Source: Gordius albopunctatus (lineage: Eukaryota). From it: a stretch of 64,000 nucleotides of DNA. Under the pieces are notes generated by a model that made no database searches, was not told where the DNA came from, and saw only the letters and a list, made by a program, of their open reading frames with translations. Below are positions 53,201-64,000 of the stretch, in pieces. Position numbers and translations under genes: made by a program. The stretch covers positions 2,976,001 through 3,040,000 of the forward strand of contig OZ193909.1 in the NCBI GenBank assembly GCA_964276515.1. Direction: 5' to 3'. The first letter of the stretch is position 1; each line of letters opens with the position of its first letter.

Positions 53201-53540
53201 TATAAAGCCGCGAGCTCACCCGATTGCTTCAATCGCTACTTACACAAAGATATAAATTACTCATACTTTGCCCTTGAGCAATATACATTTAATATTGATT
53301 TATAATTATTAACCCTCTACTATTTGAAGATTAATAGAACAAGATTGGAAATATTCATTTCGAAACAAATTAAATTAGTGTATAGATGGCGCTAATTCTA
53401 TATTTACCTAATGTTATAAGCTTCAAGCTTGAGTGATCAACACCATGGCAAACATATTATATTTGTTATTTTGTACATTTTAAGTCAGTCCACACATAAT
53501 ATTTTTTTATTTTTTAATAAAACTAGATATTTCAACAAAA

Positions 53541-53583
53541 AACAACCAATTTATAAATCTACCACCAACGATTTGTATATAAA
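53541..53583 (+). promoter_or_regulatory. Putative U3 promoter: TATATAAA at -31..-24, with a possible PSE upstream
   Basis: TATATAAA lies at 53576-53583 relative to the inferred +1 at 53607. The PSE assignment (about 53541-53560) is positional only. Confidence 0.4.
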
Positions 53584-53606
53584 GCGCCTATTTTTAAAGG
53601 TAAATT

Positions 53607-53872
53607 AAGATCATACTTCAACAGGATCATTTCTGTAGTATGTGACGTGCGAAACATCGCCTAATATGCGACGTTCTAACAGTCACGATGATGAGTCGCG
53701 GCGCTCGCTTCTCAGCGTGAAGAACGCATCACCTTCGCTCGCTCTTTCCTTTCTAGCGCTGCGAAGGGAATGATGCTTGAAGAGCGTTCCGGGAACCGGA
53801 GTTTGCTTCTGCTCCTCTTTTTAGGAGCGGCTCCTGGTTCTTAAGGAGGAAGCGAGCGCGTTCTGAGTGGCC
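53607..53872 (+). ncRNA. U3: U3 small nucleolar RNA (box C/D), about 266 nt
   Basis: The 5' end AAGATCATACTTCAACAGGATCATTTCTGTAG contains box A' and box A. Box C' (CACGATGATGA), box B (CAGCGTGAAG), box C (TTGAAGAGCGTT) and box D (GCGTTCTGAGTGG) follow in U3 order. Pairing is visible between GCGCTCGCTTC and GAAGCGAGCGC and in the terminal stem GTCAC/GTGGC. Confidence 0.92.
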
Positions 53873-54093
53873 TTTTCACAAAAGTAAAATAAATTAGAAA
53901 TTACCTATTATTGTTTTGACTCGTTGATGCAACTTTAAAACCACTTTTCTCAAAAACTACTCAAGATAAAAACATTTTTTAAATTAAATTTGAAAGATTT
54001 GATTGGGATAAATCCTCTGATACAATTTTATTAATTCTTCTTCATTGGCTCTTGAATTATACTAGCTCAAAAATCGTCCACCCTGCTTACTTA

Positions 54094-55218
54094 TCTATAT
54101 ATAAAAATGAAACTATGTGTGTGTTAGAGGCCTGCACGGGTCACCCGAACCGAGGTCGGGTTAGGGCTAAAAATTTTCGAGTCGGGTCGGGTACGGGTTC
54201 AAAATTTTGGATTTATAGAGTCGGGTCAAAGGATATGAATCTTACATTACAAAATGAACTAAATGTATTTGTTAAATTAATGCTATTATCTATAATTTTA
54301 GTTATACAATATCGAATTGTATAACTAATTATATTCATTCATAGAATCGATTTATTAATTCGTTTAATTTGGAGGCAAATTTAAATTTAAAGCTGAATTA
54401 CGAAAGGTAAAATATTAATAAATGAGTATTTATTATTGTTTATAGTCTATAGAGTAGATTATAAATTTAATTATTGGTATCCGACGGGGAGTAAGAAAAA
54501 TTGCGGTGTAAACTTAATCGACAGATTAAAGTGCGATTTATGAAACTAATTGATACCACAGATTTCGATTACTAAATTTATATGAATGATTTATTGTAGT
54601 GATGTACGAATATGATTGGGGGTTGTGTGATAAATGTAGGCATGTGCTGCGGAAAATGGAAACTTTTTACGATTTGAAACATTAAATCAATGTCATTTTT
54701 TTGGCTTATTTTTCACGCCAATTATTATTATTATAGGACGGTCGTGTGCTCTCCTGCGTGGCTAAATAAATTAAAAAATCTAATTTTGTCATTTTTTGCG
54801 CGTTAAATAAGGAGAAAAATGAAAATACTTTTAACAAAGTGCCAATAGATGTTGATATATCTCAGTTCTTTGGACATTAAGTTCAGAATTAAAGGTTTTA
54901 TTCAGAAAACAATAATTATAATTATGAAGATTGTTTCTTAATTACAAAAAAAATTTTAAAAAATGCTTGAAGAGCCAGGGGGCCAAAGATTTTTCCTTTG
55001 GGGAGGGGGGGGGGGCATGGGGCCAGGTTTTCTCTCTTGGGTGGGCCAGGGTCTTGGACCCTTTTTAACTATTTGTTTAAAAATTTTTGCATAATAAACA
55101 CTTATTATCAATCATCTTTGATATATTCTTAATCTATTGAAATTTATCTATAAGATGATATATATTCTGCTAATACACCCGGGTAAATGGCAAAACAACG
55201 TTTGCCGGGTTCATTTAG
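54094..55218 (+). mobile_element. Degenerate Helitron with a hAT left end inserted at 54125
   Basis: Starts A|TCTATATATAAAA and ends GGCAAAACAACGTTTGCCGGG...TTAG|T. TAGAGGCCTGCACGGG begins at 54125. Confidence 0.65.
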
Positions 55219-55997
55219 TAATATATAAAAGCGTTATATGAGTAATTCTTTTAAAATAGGCCAGGAATCCAAAAAAATTGAAATTTGGTTAAAGATTGCT
55301 ATTGATTGTTTGAATAAAAATTCGGGGGAATCTTGAAAGCCTACGCCTTTTTTTCAAAAAATTCTGAACAGGAAAATCCTATTTGAATAAAAATACTAGA
55401 CTCAAGGGGGCCTTGTATTTTTGCGCTTGAGATCTTCGGCTAGGGTCATGAAGTCATAATTAAGATTAGGGGCAAACAAGTCGATGCTTGTAAAGTCCCA
55501 TTTAAGACCATTTTCCAATGGGACTACTGAGGAACCGTCGGGCTCATTTGACCTTCGAGGGAAGGATCTGGCTGCTCAAGTATGGATAAGATTTGGGTCT
55601 TTTTAAGGGCTGACTGGTAAATGTCATCGAATTTAAAGTGTCGCAAGTACTAAATTTCTTAAATTGCAGTGTAACGGATGCCCTCCTAGACTGTTTGTAA
55701 GAAAGGATATAAATTTTAGTTTAATTAACCCTATTGCTTTTAAGGACAAAAATAAAATATTTAGTGTTTCGCGGTCTCGAAAGCAAAACCTCGTCTCGGC
55801 CTTAAAAAATCTCCATCTCAGCGAAAAGCTTAGACTTTAATTTTTTACAATCTAAATTTTTCTTCCGATTCATTTAAATTCTTTTAGAAAAAATTTTAAA
55901 AAAAACCAAAATAGCGAATCCTTTTTTTTTTATAAAAACTTCTGACACCCTTAATTAGCAATCGCAAAAATAAGTACTTTTTCGACTATGATATTAA

Positions 55998-57806
55998 TAG
56001 AGATCTGCATGGGCAGGCCCGGCCCGCAGACGGGCCTAAAAGCGGCTTTTTATCATAAAAATTTTAACGGGCCGGGCACGGACGGGCTTAAAAATTAATG
56101 GAACTGGCTCAGCGGGCCTGAGATTTTTTAACGGGCTTGAACGGGCCTGACGATTTATAAACGGACTTGAAGGGGCCAGAGATAATATAAACGGTCATGG
56201 AATTACAAAGGTCCTTAAAAATCAGACAATTATATAAATATATATTTTTATTGATAATATAGAATATTAATTGCTTAATTTTGTAACCTCTTTATTCCTC
56301 TTCCAAGCGTCAAATTTGACTTTTATACATTTTTATTTTATTTGTTATAGATTTTTGTTTACATAATCTAAGATTATAGCTTCGTATATATTCTTTTATA
56401 CGCAAGTTCAATTACTTATATACAATATACCAAAATTTTTGTGTTTACTTTTATCACAAATTTTACTGGTATATTTATTATTAAGGCCATATAATTTAAT
56501 AAATATTTTTGTTCTAATCTAAATCTTAGGTGCATTAACTAGTGCTGTAAATGAACGCGTTCAAACTTTATGAACGCGTTCAAACTTTATGAAAGCGTTC
56601 ATGAACGGCGTTCTTTTATTTTTTGGTGAACTTTGAACGTGAACGCGTTCCTTTTTTTGATGAACGCGTTCCAATTTAACGTTCGTTCAATTTTAAAAAC
56701 CCTTTTTTATTTTTATTTATTTGAAAACTAATGTTAATCCGAATTTTTAACAAAAAAGTCTTATATTTTTTAATGAGCTGTTTTTCCTGTTTCCTATTAC
56801 CAATTCCAAAATACTTTTAACAAACTATAACGTGCAAAAGAAGATAAGATTAAAGTTAATTAATTTGATATTATTAATTATAGTTTAATTTATAGGTTAA
56901 TATGGACAATCATAATATTATATCGTCGTAATCTTCAGATTCTGAATATTCAAAATCAGCAGATGAATTGAAATCGCCATGGCCAAAATATGAAAAATAT
57001 TTTTCACTCGTTTCGATATCATCTTTTTTGACGAGGAAGTAGAGGGCGGATTGGAGGATGATATCTTGTCGCAATTTTTGAAGCGAGGGACAAAACATTA
57101 AATGTTTTTAATAAATTTCCTCCTTTAAAAAGATTTGTTTATTAAGTATAATACTCCAATCCCCTCATCTGCCCCTGTGGAGCGGGTTTTCAGTATAGCT
57201 AATGCTGTATTAACTTTAGATTTTTTTACAAATGTTTACAGCACTAGTATTAACTGATATAAATTAATCACATCAATGTAAACTGCTTATTGAAAGTTGA
57301 ATATTCTCATGTGATTTTATTAAAGCATTTTAATTTTATGGTAATAATGAAAACCTCTTAGGTGTATTAACTTAAATTAATCAAATAAAATAAAAGTAAA
57401 GTATTAAAAGTGGAATATTCTCATGTAATTTTTGAGAGTAATTTAATAGTAGTACTATATTAAAAATTTTTAGGTGTATTAACTGCGGAAATAATTGATG
57501 ATTTATCATTTTTACATGATAACTAATGTTTTTTTTATAAATGTCGAAAAATATAATTATGCGAAATTTTTGATGAATTGGGCCGGGCGCGGAGTTTTAA
57601 ACAAATTTGAGCGGGCCTGACGTTTTTCTAAACGGGTACGAACGGGCCTGAAAAACCTACGGACGGGCTCGGAAGGGCCTAAAAAATTTACGGACGGGCC
57701 CGGACGGGCCTGAAGTGTTGAAATAAAATTACGGGCGGGGCCTCTAAGTTTTGAAAACGGGTACGGGCGGGCCGACCTTATAAAAACGGCCCGTTGCAGA
57801 TCTCTA
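55998..57806. mobile_element. hAT-type non-autonomous element with ACGGGC subterminal repeats
   Basis: TIR TAGAGATCTGCA / TGCAGATCTCTA and internal repeats of about 112 bp (TTAGGTGTATTAACT). TSD is not conserved. Confidence 0.8.
56540..57246 (+). mobile_element. Nested hAT element with GAACGCGTTC repeats
   Basis: TIR TAGTGCTGTAAA / TTTACAGCACTA, TSD GCATTAAC / GTATTAAC, and remnant peptide TPIPSSAPVERVFSIA at about 57153-57200. Confidence 0.85.
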
Positions 57807-58653
57807 TATTATATTACCCATTCTCAACATCACAAGCGCCTTACTAAATATTTGGTATCAACTGCCTGCAACGTTCCGCTTTCTTTCAGAAATGAGAAAA
57901 TCCCGGCTCTCTGCTCGTCAGGCCACTTGCCCCGGGCCAGGCAAACCTCTTGAATTATTAATTTCGGTTAGGCCCAGGCGGATACCTGAATGCGTTTTGG
58001 GTATATCAGGTATGAGGGTATTTTTTATATTAAATTTATTTTGCTTTCATAGATTATTTTGTCATTTAATTTTGAAGAAAAAAAGTTTCTTAGTTACAAT
58101 AAAAATGTTATTAATATAATTTATACTTAAGCAATGAGAGCAAATTTTGAATGCAAGGAATCAAATATTCTTATTACTGTGATCTCAAAGTTTCTCCGGT
58201 CACTTAACCTTTTTCAATATTATTTTTGGTTTATATTTCTAAAATAAGGTATATAGCCCCTAATTATACTTTTACAATTCTATTACGAAAAATGCAATAG
58301 AGCTAGTTTTGTTTTAAATAGTCATAAAGGTAACGCTCATTTATAAATATTTAGCTGATATTTTTCGGGCCCTATTAGGTTAGGCCTTAGGCCTAACTGG
58401 CAAATTAAATATTTTGAGCCGGACAAGTCGGGTAGCTCTTACGGTTCGGACATGAGCGAGCGGACATTTGGTAAGATTTAGGCGGACGAAGGCGGATATT
58501 TTAATTGTAAATCAAGGCCGGGCCGGCTTTGGGCAGAAAAACTTAGGAAAATTAGAAATCTGCTACCTTTGCCATTTAAACACACGCATGTTTTTATGAA
58601 ACATACACAGGGGTCTCAATAAATATGCCTTTTTGGTACAATATGGATATTAA

Positions 58654-59412
58654 CCCTCCAATGTACTTATGGGGTCTAAAAAATCCCACAAAAGTTATAA
58701 TTTAACACCAAGAGTTTTAGATTTAGAGATTTTGTTTTTTTAGAGTTTTCATAATTATGCAAAAGCTACATTCCCTGAAAATTTCGTAGGATTTGACTCA
58801 ATACTTTTGGAGATATAAGCACTTGGGGTCCTATAAACCCCATAAGCTCAATTAAGAAAGTTTTTTTTATTCTTAACCTAAAATTAGTAATTTAAGCATG
58901 TGTATACCATTTGGATCAATATCGCTAGTTATATTTGTTTATAGAAAACAAGATTTTCGTGCAATATGTGTCAAAACCCTGTGTGTTGATCACATTTTAA
59001 TATTTTGCGAAAAATGAGAAAAAAATGACCATTTTTTAGAGTCTTCTATTTTTTTACTGTATAATCATTTTATCATGAATGCATGTTTTTTATATTATTC
59101 AAACCCTCTTTTTAAAAAAACATTTGCTTTTTATATTTCCACTAACTGTTTAATCTCCATTACAAAAATAAAACAGGTCGTTTTGATTTTTATTCATTTT
59201 CTTTGTGTTTGGTAAATTGCATATAATTTTAGAATTAGTATTTATAATTTAATTATTTTTTTAAAAACCTATAAGAGGCTTTAATATACTTATTTTTAAA
59301 ATTTGAGAAGCCTTACTCTAATGGTTTTAAAATTATGATCATTTTAAGAATGTGGTTTTATAAACCCCATAAGTCACTTCAGGGTTGGGATTTCTATAAG
59401 TACATTGCAGGG
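58654..59412. mobile_element. piggyBac-like non-autonomous element (TTAA target, CCCT ends)
   Basis: TTAA|CCCTCCAATGTACTTAT ... ATAAGTACATTGCAGGG|TTAA, with internal GGGGT..AAACCCCATAAG repeats. A further right-end copy ends at 61755. Confidence 0.75.
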
Positions 59413-59920
59413 TTAAGTAGTTAATTTTTATGTTTTTAGGCAGTACTATCCTATTAATTAGTTCTTAAAATCAATTTTGTTATCAAAACTTACCTTTATA
59501 AAAGTCGCCTATTTTATAGGTTTAAATTAAAGTGCATAGCAAATTTCAAATATTTACATTTCCTTATCCATTATCCAATTTTAATTATAAATTTCAATTG
59601 CATAAACTAATCATAAAAGCAACGTTTGACCAGGCTCAGCTGTTCATAAATATTTTTAATAGTTGAACTTCTAAAAACATAAATCACTTCTGGTCAAAAG
59701 AAATAATGGACAAAATCCTTAAAACCAATCAAAACACTTAATAAATTTGTGCTCGTACGACATAACATATAAACTTCGAAAGCCAATCATTTGATTGCTC
59801 GAATTATAAATTTTATTACCGTTCATTTCAAATTTTGCCAATACACTTTTTAATTTGCCAATTGTGGAATCTCCTGTTGTTGGAACATCTATTCTGATTA
59901 TTGTTGGAAATCCCCAAGTT

Positions 59921-60727
59921 TAGCAATCTGCTTGCCCATTTCTGAATTTACTTGATTCATTGTTGATACTGTTATAGCATCATCTCTATATGTTGTTCGT
60001 ACACCCATACCAAATGTGCAATTTCCAAGATTGTCTGGAACCTCTCAAATTAGGCAATCTGTTTGCCCAAGTATGAATTTACTTGATTCATTGTTTATAT
60101 TATTATAGCATCATCTTTATATGTTGTTCGTACAGCCATACAAAATGTGCAATTTCCAAGATTGTCTGGAACCTCTCAAATTAGGCAATCTGCTTGCCCA
60201 CTATGAATTTACTTGATTCATAGTTTATATTGTTATAGCATCATCTTTATATGTTGTTCATACACCCATACCAAATGTGCAATTTCCAAAATTTTCTGAA
60301 ACCTCTCAAATTAGGCAATCTGCTTGCCCAAGTATGAATTTACTTGATTCATTGTTTATATTATTATAGCATCATCTTTATATGTTGTTCGTACAGCCAT
60401 ACAAAATGTGCAATTTCCAAGATTGTCTGGAACCTCTCAAATTAGGCAATCTGCTTGCCCACTATGAATTTACTTGATTCATAGTTTATATTGTTATAGC
60501 ATCATCTTTATATGTTGTTCATAAACTCATACCAAATGTGCAATTTCCAAAATTTTCTGAAACCTCTCAAATTAGGCAATCTGCTTGCCCAAGTATGAAT
60601 TTACTTGATTCATTGTTTATATTATTATAGCATCATCTTTATATGTTGTTCGTACACCCATACCAAATGTGCAATTTCCAAGATTGTCTGGGACCTCTCA
60701 AATTAGGCAATCTGCTTGCCCAAGTAT
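59921..60727 (+). repeat. Tandem repeat of about 6.2 units of 130/131 bp, with a 261-bp dimeric higher-order structure
   Basis: The anchor TAGGCAATCTG (TAGCAATCTG in the first unit) occurs at 59921, 60051, 60182, 60312, 60443, 60573 and 60704, giving spacings of 130, 131, 130, 131, 130 and 131. Confidence 0.95.
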
Positions 60728-60762
60728 ATTCATAGCTCACCTATTTTATTATATTTTTTTAG

Positions 60763-61514
60763 GCTCTTCTTCATCTACCATAAGTTCTATGAGCTCAAGT
60801 GGTAAAATGATTATTTTAAATGTTCCACATTAATATCTTAAAAGGTCCTTCAATTGAAGATGCACTAATTTTTGTTGATGCCACCAATCAGATGGAAGCT
60901 ATCACATAAATAATTTTTATTTTATTTTTAGAACAAACTCATATTTATATTAAATCCCAAAAAGGAGGATCAATCCTTTATTACTCTTCCTACCTGTATG
61001 TTAAGAACAGGAAGATGCCCAACAAAGTATATTACAAGTGCCGAAAGTCAGCTTGTCCAGTAACAGCCTCGGAAGTGAATTTTATTATTCCTGTTAATCG
61101 TCAGCACAACCATGAACCTCCGAGGGAAGAGTATGAATGTCTTGTTACGATAAGGGCACTTAAAGACGTTGTTGTTGCAAACCCTACTAAGAAAATTAGT
61201 AGGATAACGTGAAAACCGAGATTAATCTTTTGCAGATTGATCAAGGTCGCATTTTATATTATATAAATAATCGCGTCCGTGAAAAGAATTCACAAATTAG
61301 CACCCTACTCGCCTCGTACAATGATGTTTCGCGCGATATTGATATTTCCAATTATAACGACAATATCTCTAGTCTTGTTTCCTATAGTTACGACTCGCGG
61401 TATTATAATTTTTCGGATTCGCCGTCAATCTTTATATCCAATAATATTTCTAATAATCTATCCGATGAAAGAGACACTAGCGACTTCACTGAAGCTAGTG
61501 AATCTGAGAAATAA
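60763..61514 (+). pseudogene. FLYWCH zinc-finger / Mutator-like transposase gene remnant, internally deleted
   Basis: The exon from 60932 reads YIKSQKGGSILYYSSYLYVKNRK...VYYKCRKSACPVTA...HNHEPP (FLYWCH-type C..C..HxH). A frameshifted tail (61209-61514) resembles the C-termini of MULE-domain proteins. No DDE core is seen. Confidence 0.7.
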
Positions 61515-62269
61515 ATCATACACAGAAATTGTGAATAAATTTTAAAATATATTTCTTATATATTTTGTAAAATAGTGAATCCAAATTATGTCTTAGGTTA
61601 TCATCAGGTCCCGCTTGATTTTAACGAACAAATAGTTTAGGCTTGTTAATAACTTTAAAAGGACGATATAAAACCAAGCTATATCTAAAACTGCTTATAT
61701 GATTTTAAATTATAATACTATGGGGTTTCTCATACGCCATAAGTACTCTTAAGGGTTTTTAAAATACTCAGAAAATTTTATTTATTAAACTATCTACGAA
61801 CGTCGGAGAATTATCTCGCAAATTAAATAAAATCTAAATTATCGGGGACTAAAACATTTTTTATATCTTCGTATAGGGGGATGATCATTATTTCTTATTT
61901 TCTTTATTTAGCTTGAGTATTTTACTTCTCAGGCAATAAGCAATAAAAATCATTTTTAGTATTTATATCTTAAAGGACTAAAAATCGTAACTCATCATAA
62001 ATAGGAGTAAAAATTACGCGTATGTGTGTGGGCGGACGTATATATAAGTTATCGCTTAACACACGTAAGGGGGTGGGGCGTAACGGGGTGGCACAGGGTT
62101 AATAAATACATTTAAAAAAATTTATTTTTATATCTTGCAACTTATCTTTTATTCAGAATAATTTGTGTACCCATATTTTGTTTTGTATAATTCACTATTT
62201 ATTTTTATTGCCCAATAAAATGTTAAAAACTATATAGCATTACATTTTATTATGTCCTTGCACAAACTT

Positions 62270-62700
62270 CCGTTTATCCATTTATAATATAGTTATTAGT
62301 ATGACTATAGACGTGTTAAATTGGAAAAATATATATATTGTTACAATTTATTATATAATTGCATATACTCATTAACTAATCACATATTTACCTTTATTCA
62401 CTTATAATATAGGTATTAGTATGGCTATAGACGTTATGTTAAATTAGAAAACTATATATTATTACAATTTATTATATGCTTGCATATATTGAGTAACTAA
62501 TCACAAAGTTACCTTTATTCATCTATAATATAGGTATTAATATGGCTACAGACATTTTCATGTTAATGCATGGAATATAAGACTATATATTATTACAATG
62601 TATTATTTGCTTGCATATATTCATTAACTAATCACAAAGTTACGTTTATCTAGTTATAATATAGGTTTTAGTATGGCCATAGACGTTTTTATGTTAGCGC
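62270..62700. repeat. Degenerate AT-rich tandem repeat, about 3.5 units of 120-130 bp
   Basis: Recurrent TATAATATAGGTATTAGTATGGCTATAGAC and ATTAACTAATCACA motifs, with units starting near 62273, 62392, 62512 and 62644. Confidence 0.85.
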
Positions 62701-64000
62701 ATTTATTAGAGAACTATATTGTATTACAATATATGCTATCTTATATATATTATGCAATATACTATTGAGTATTTATTAATTTAAACATATATTTAATATA
62801 TATAATTATTATAATTTATATTTTCTATTATTTTATTTATTTACGATTTTGTATCTAGTTTGGAAATGTGTTATTTATTATGTCCATTAGTGATTATGGG
62901 TCCGAATCACATAAATAACAAATTTAAAAAACAAGTTAATAAAATTTGGAACATCAAGAGTTTAAATAAAACGATAATATTAATAAATTAATAATAGCTC
63001 ATTTGTAATAATAAGTTTATATTAATTAATGATATTAAACATTACTTTACTAAACTAAACATTCTTTATATTATAGGAGAAACTGGGAGATGGTGACAAA
63101 GATTATGAGTAAACTCGGCTTTCATTTATAATATTAAAATAAATAATCATAGCCTATAATATGAATACGATATTCATATGCTGAAAAGTTTATTGTTAGT
63201 GCATGATATTTTATGTAAAATATATTTGATTTTAGTTACGTGTATTCTTGTTTTAACTAACAGTACTTTATTCAATTATACATTTTAGTTTAAGTCAAAA
63301 GCACATAAATACATTAATCAGCTTTAATTAGTAGATTAAGGCCCTGTTAATGCCTTTTATCATCAGTCTTTTAAAACTATCTATTGATTTACGATTGTCA
63401 ATATATCTGATCAATTCTTCTAAAAAGCTTGGCCTAGGCCTTTTATTTACCAACACAACTGGCGCGTTCGTTATTGAACGCATCAAAGCTAGTTTTTTCA
63501 TTACCGTTTCCCCTAATCTTTTTCTTAAAAAATCTTTTCGATGACCTCTCGCTCGTGCAAAGCCATGTTGCTTCTTTCTATATAAATTAAAATAAAGAGG
63601 ACATTTGTTTAGAAAGATAACTATTATAATGGCAAAAACTGGATATTAATTGTGATGCTATCAAAAGTTAAGAAAAATCATGATACAGATAACGGTCCAT
63701 GTATAATGCGCACAACCCTTAGCGTGCTACAATCGCCAAATGTTGAGACTGAGACTTGAAAGAGGCATTTCTTATATATTAAAGTTTTAAGATCAATTTA
63801 TGTCAATGAGTAATGAGTATCTTAAAATAGCCGTAACTGTCAAAATATAAATTATAATGAACAACTTGGCGTTTTGTAATATATGATATGGAGGTACTTA
63901 ACACCAAATTGCGGTATCTATTTAGGCATATAACGTCTATTCTAGAATAATTAAAGCATTATCCCATGATTTTTTTTAATCATTTTTTAGAGATCTGCTT

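Noticed and set aside
56910..57098. 62-aa minus-strand ORF with an acidic tail
   Set aside because: It lies inside a nested hAT element and has no independent coding support.
59921..60727. CRISPR-like array
   Set aside because: The units are whole-length tandem duplicates with no unique spacers, there are no cas genes, and the context is eukaryotic.
1..64000. tRNA or rRNA genes
   Set aside because: No cloverleaf, T-loop or rRNA-like sequence was recognised by eye; tRNAscan-SE and Infernal would be needed to exclude them.

Overview
AT-rich eukaryotic (invertebrate animal) genomic DNA, with no sign of prokaryotic origin. Three host genes are supported. (1) An intronless somatostatin/allatostatin-C-type GPCR (minus strand, 15222-16976) with an unusually long third intracellular loop. 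(2) A complete 19-exon exocyst subunit EXOC1/Sec3 gene (minus strand, 50283->38388, about 1040 aa), reconstructed by hand with consistent GT-AG phases, 38-50 nt introns and a 21-nt micro-exon. (3) An expanded U3 snoRNA (+, 53607-53872) that the ORF track cannot show. Most of the rest is transposon-derived. A nest at least five layers deep at 2.1-12.5 kb contains RTE LINEs, a Gypsy pol remnant and hAT elements with 8-bp TSDs. There are also many hAT-type MITEs, three non-autonomous Helitrons, and a TTAA/CCCT-ended element beside an internally deleted FLYWCH/MULE-like gene. In that gene a 130/131-bp 'satellite' reads as a tandemly duplicated intron+exon cassette. All family assignments come from motif recognition by eye, not database searches.
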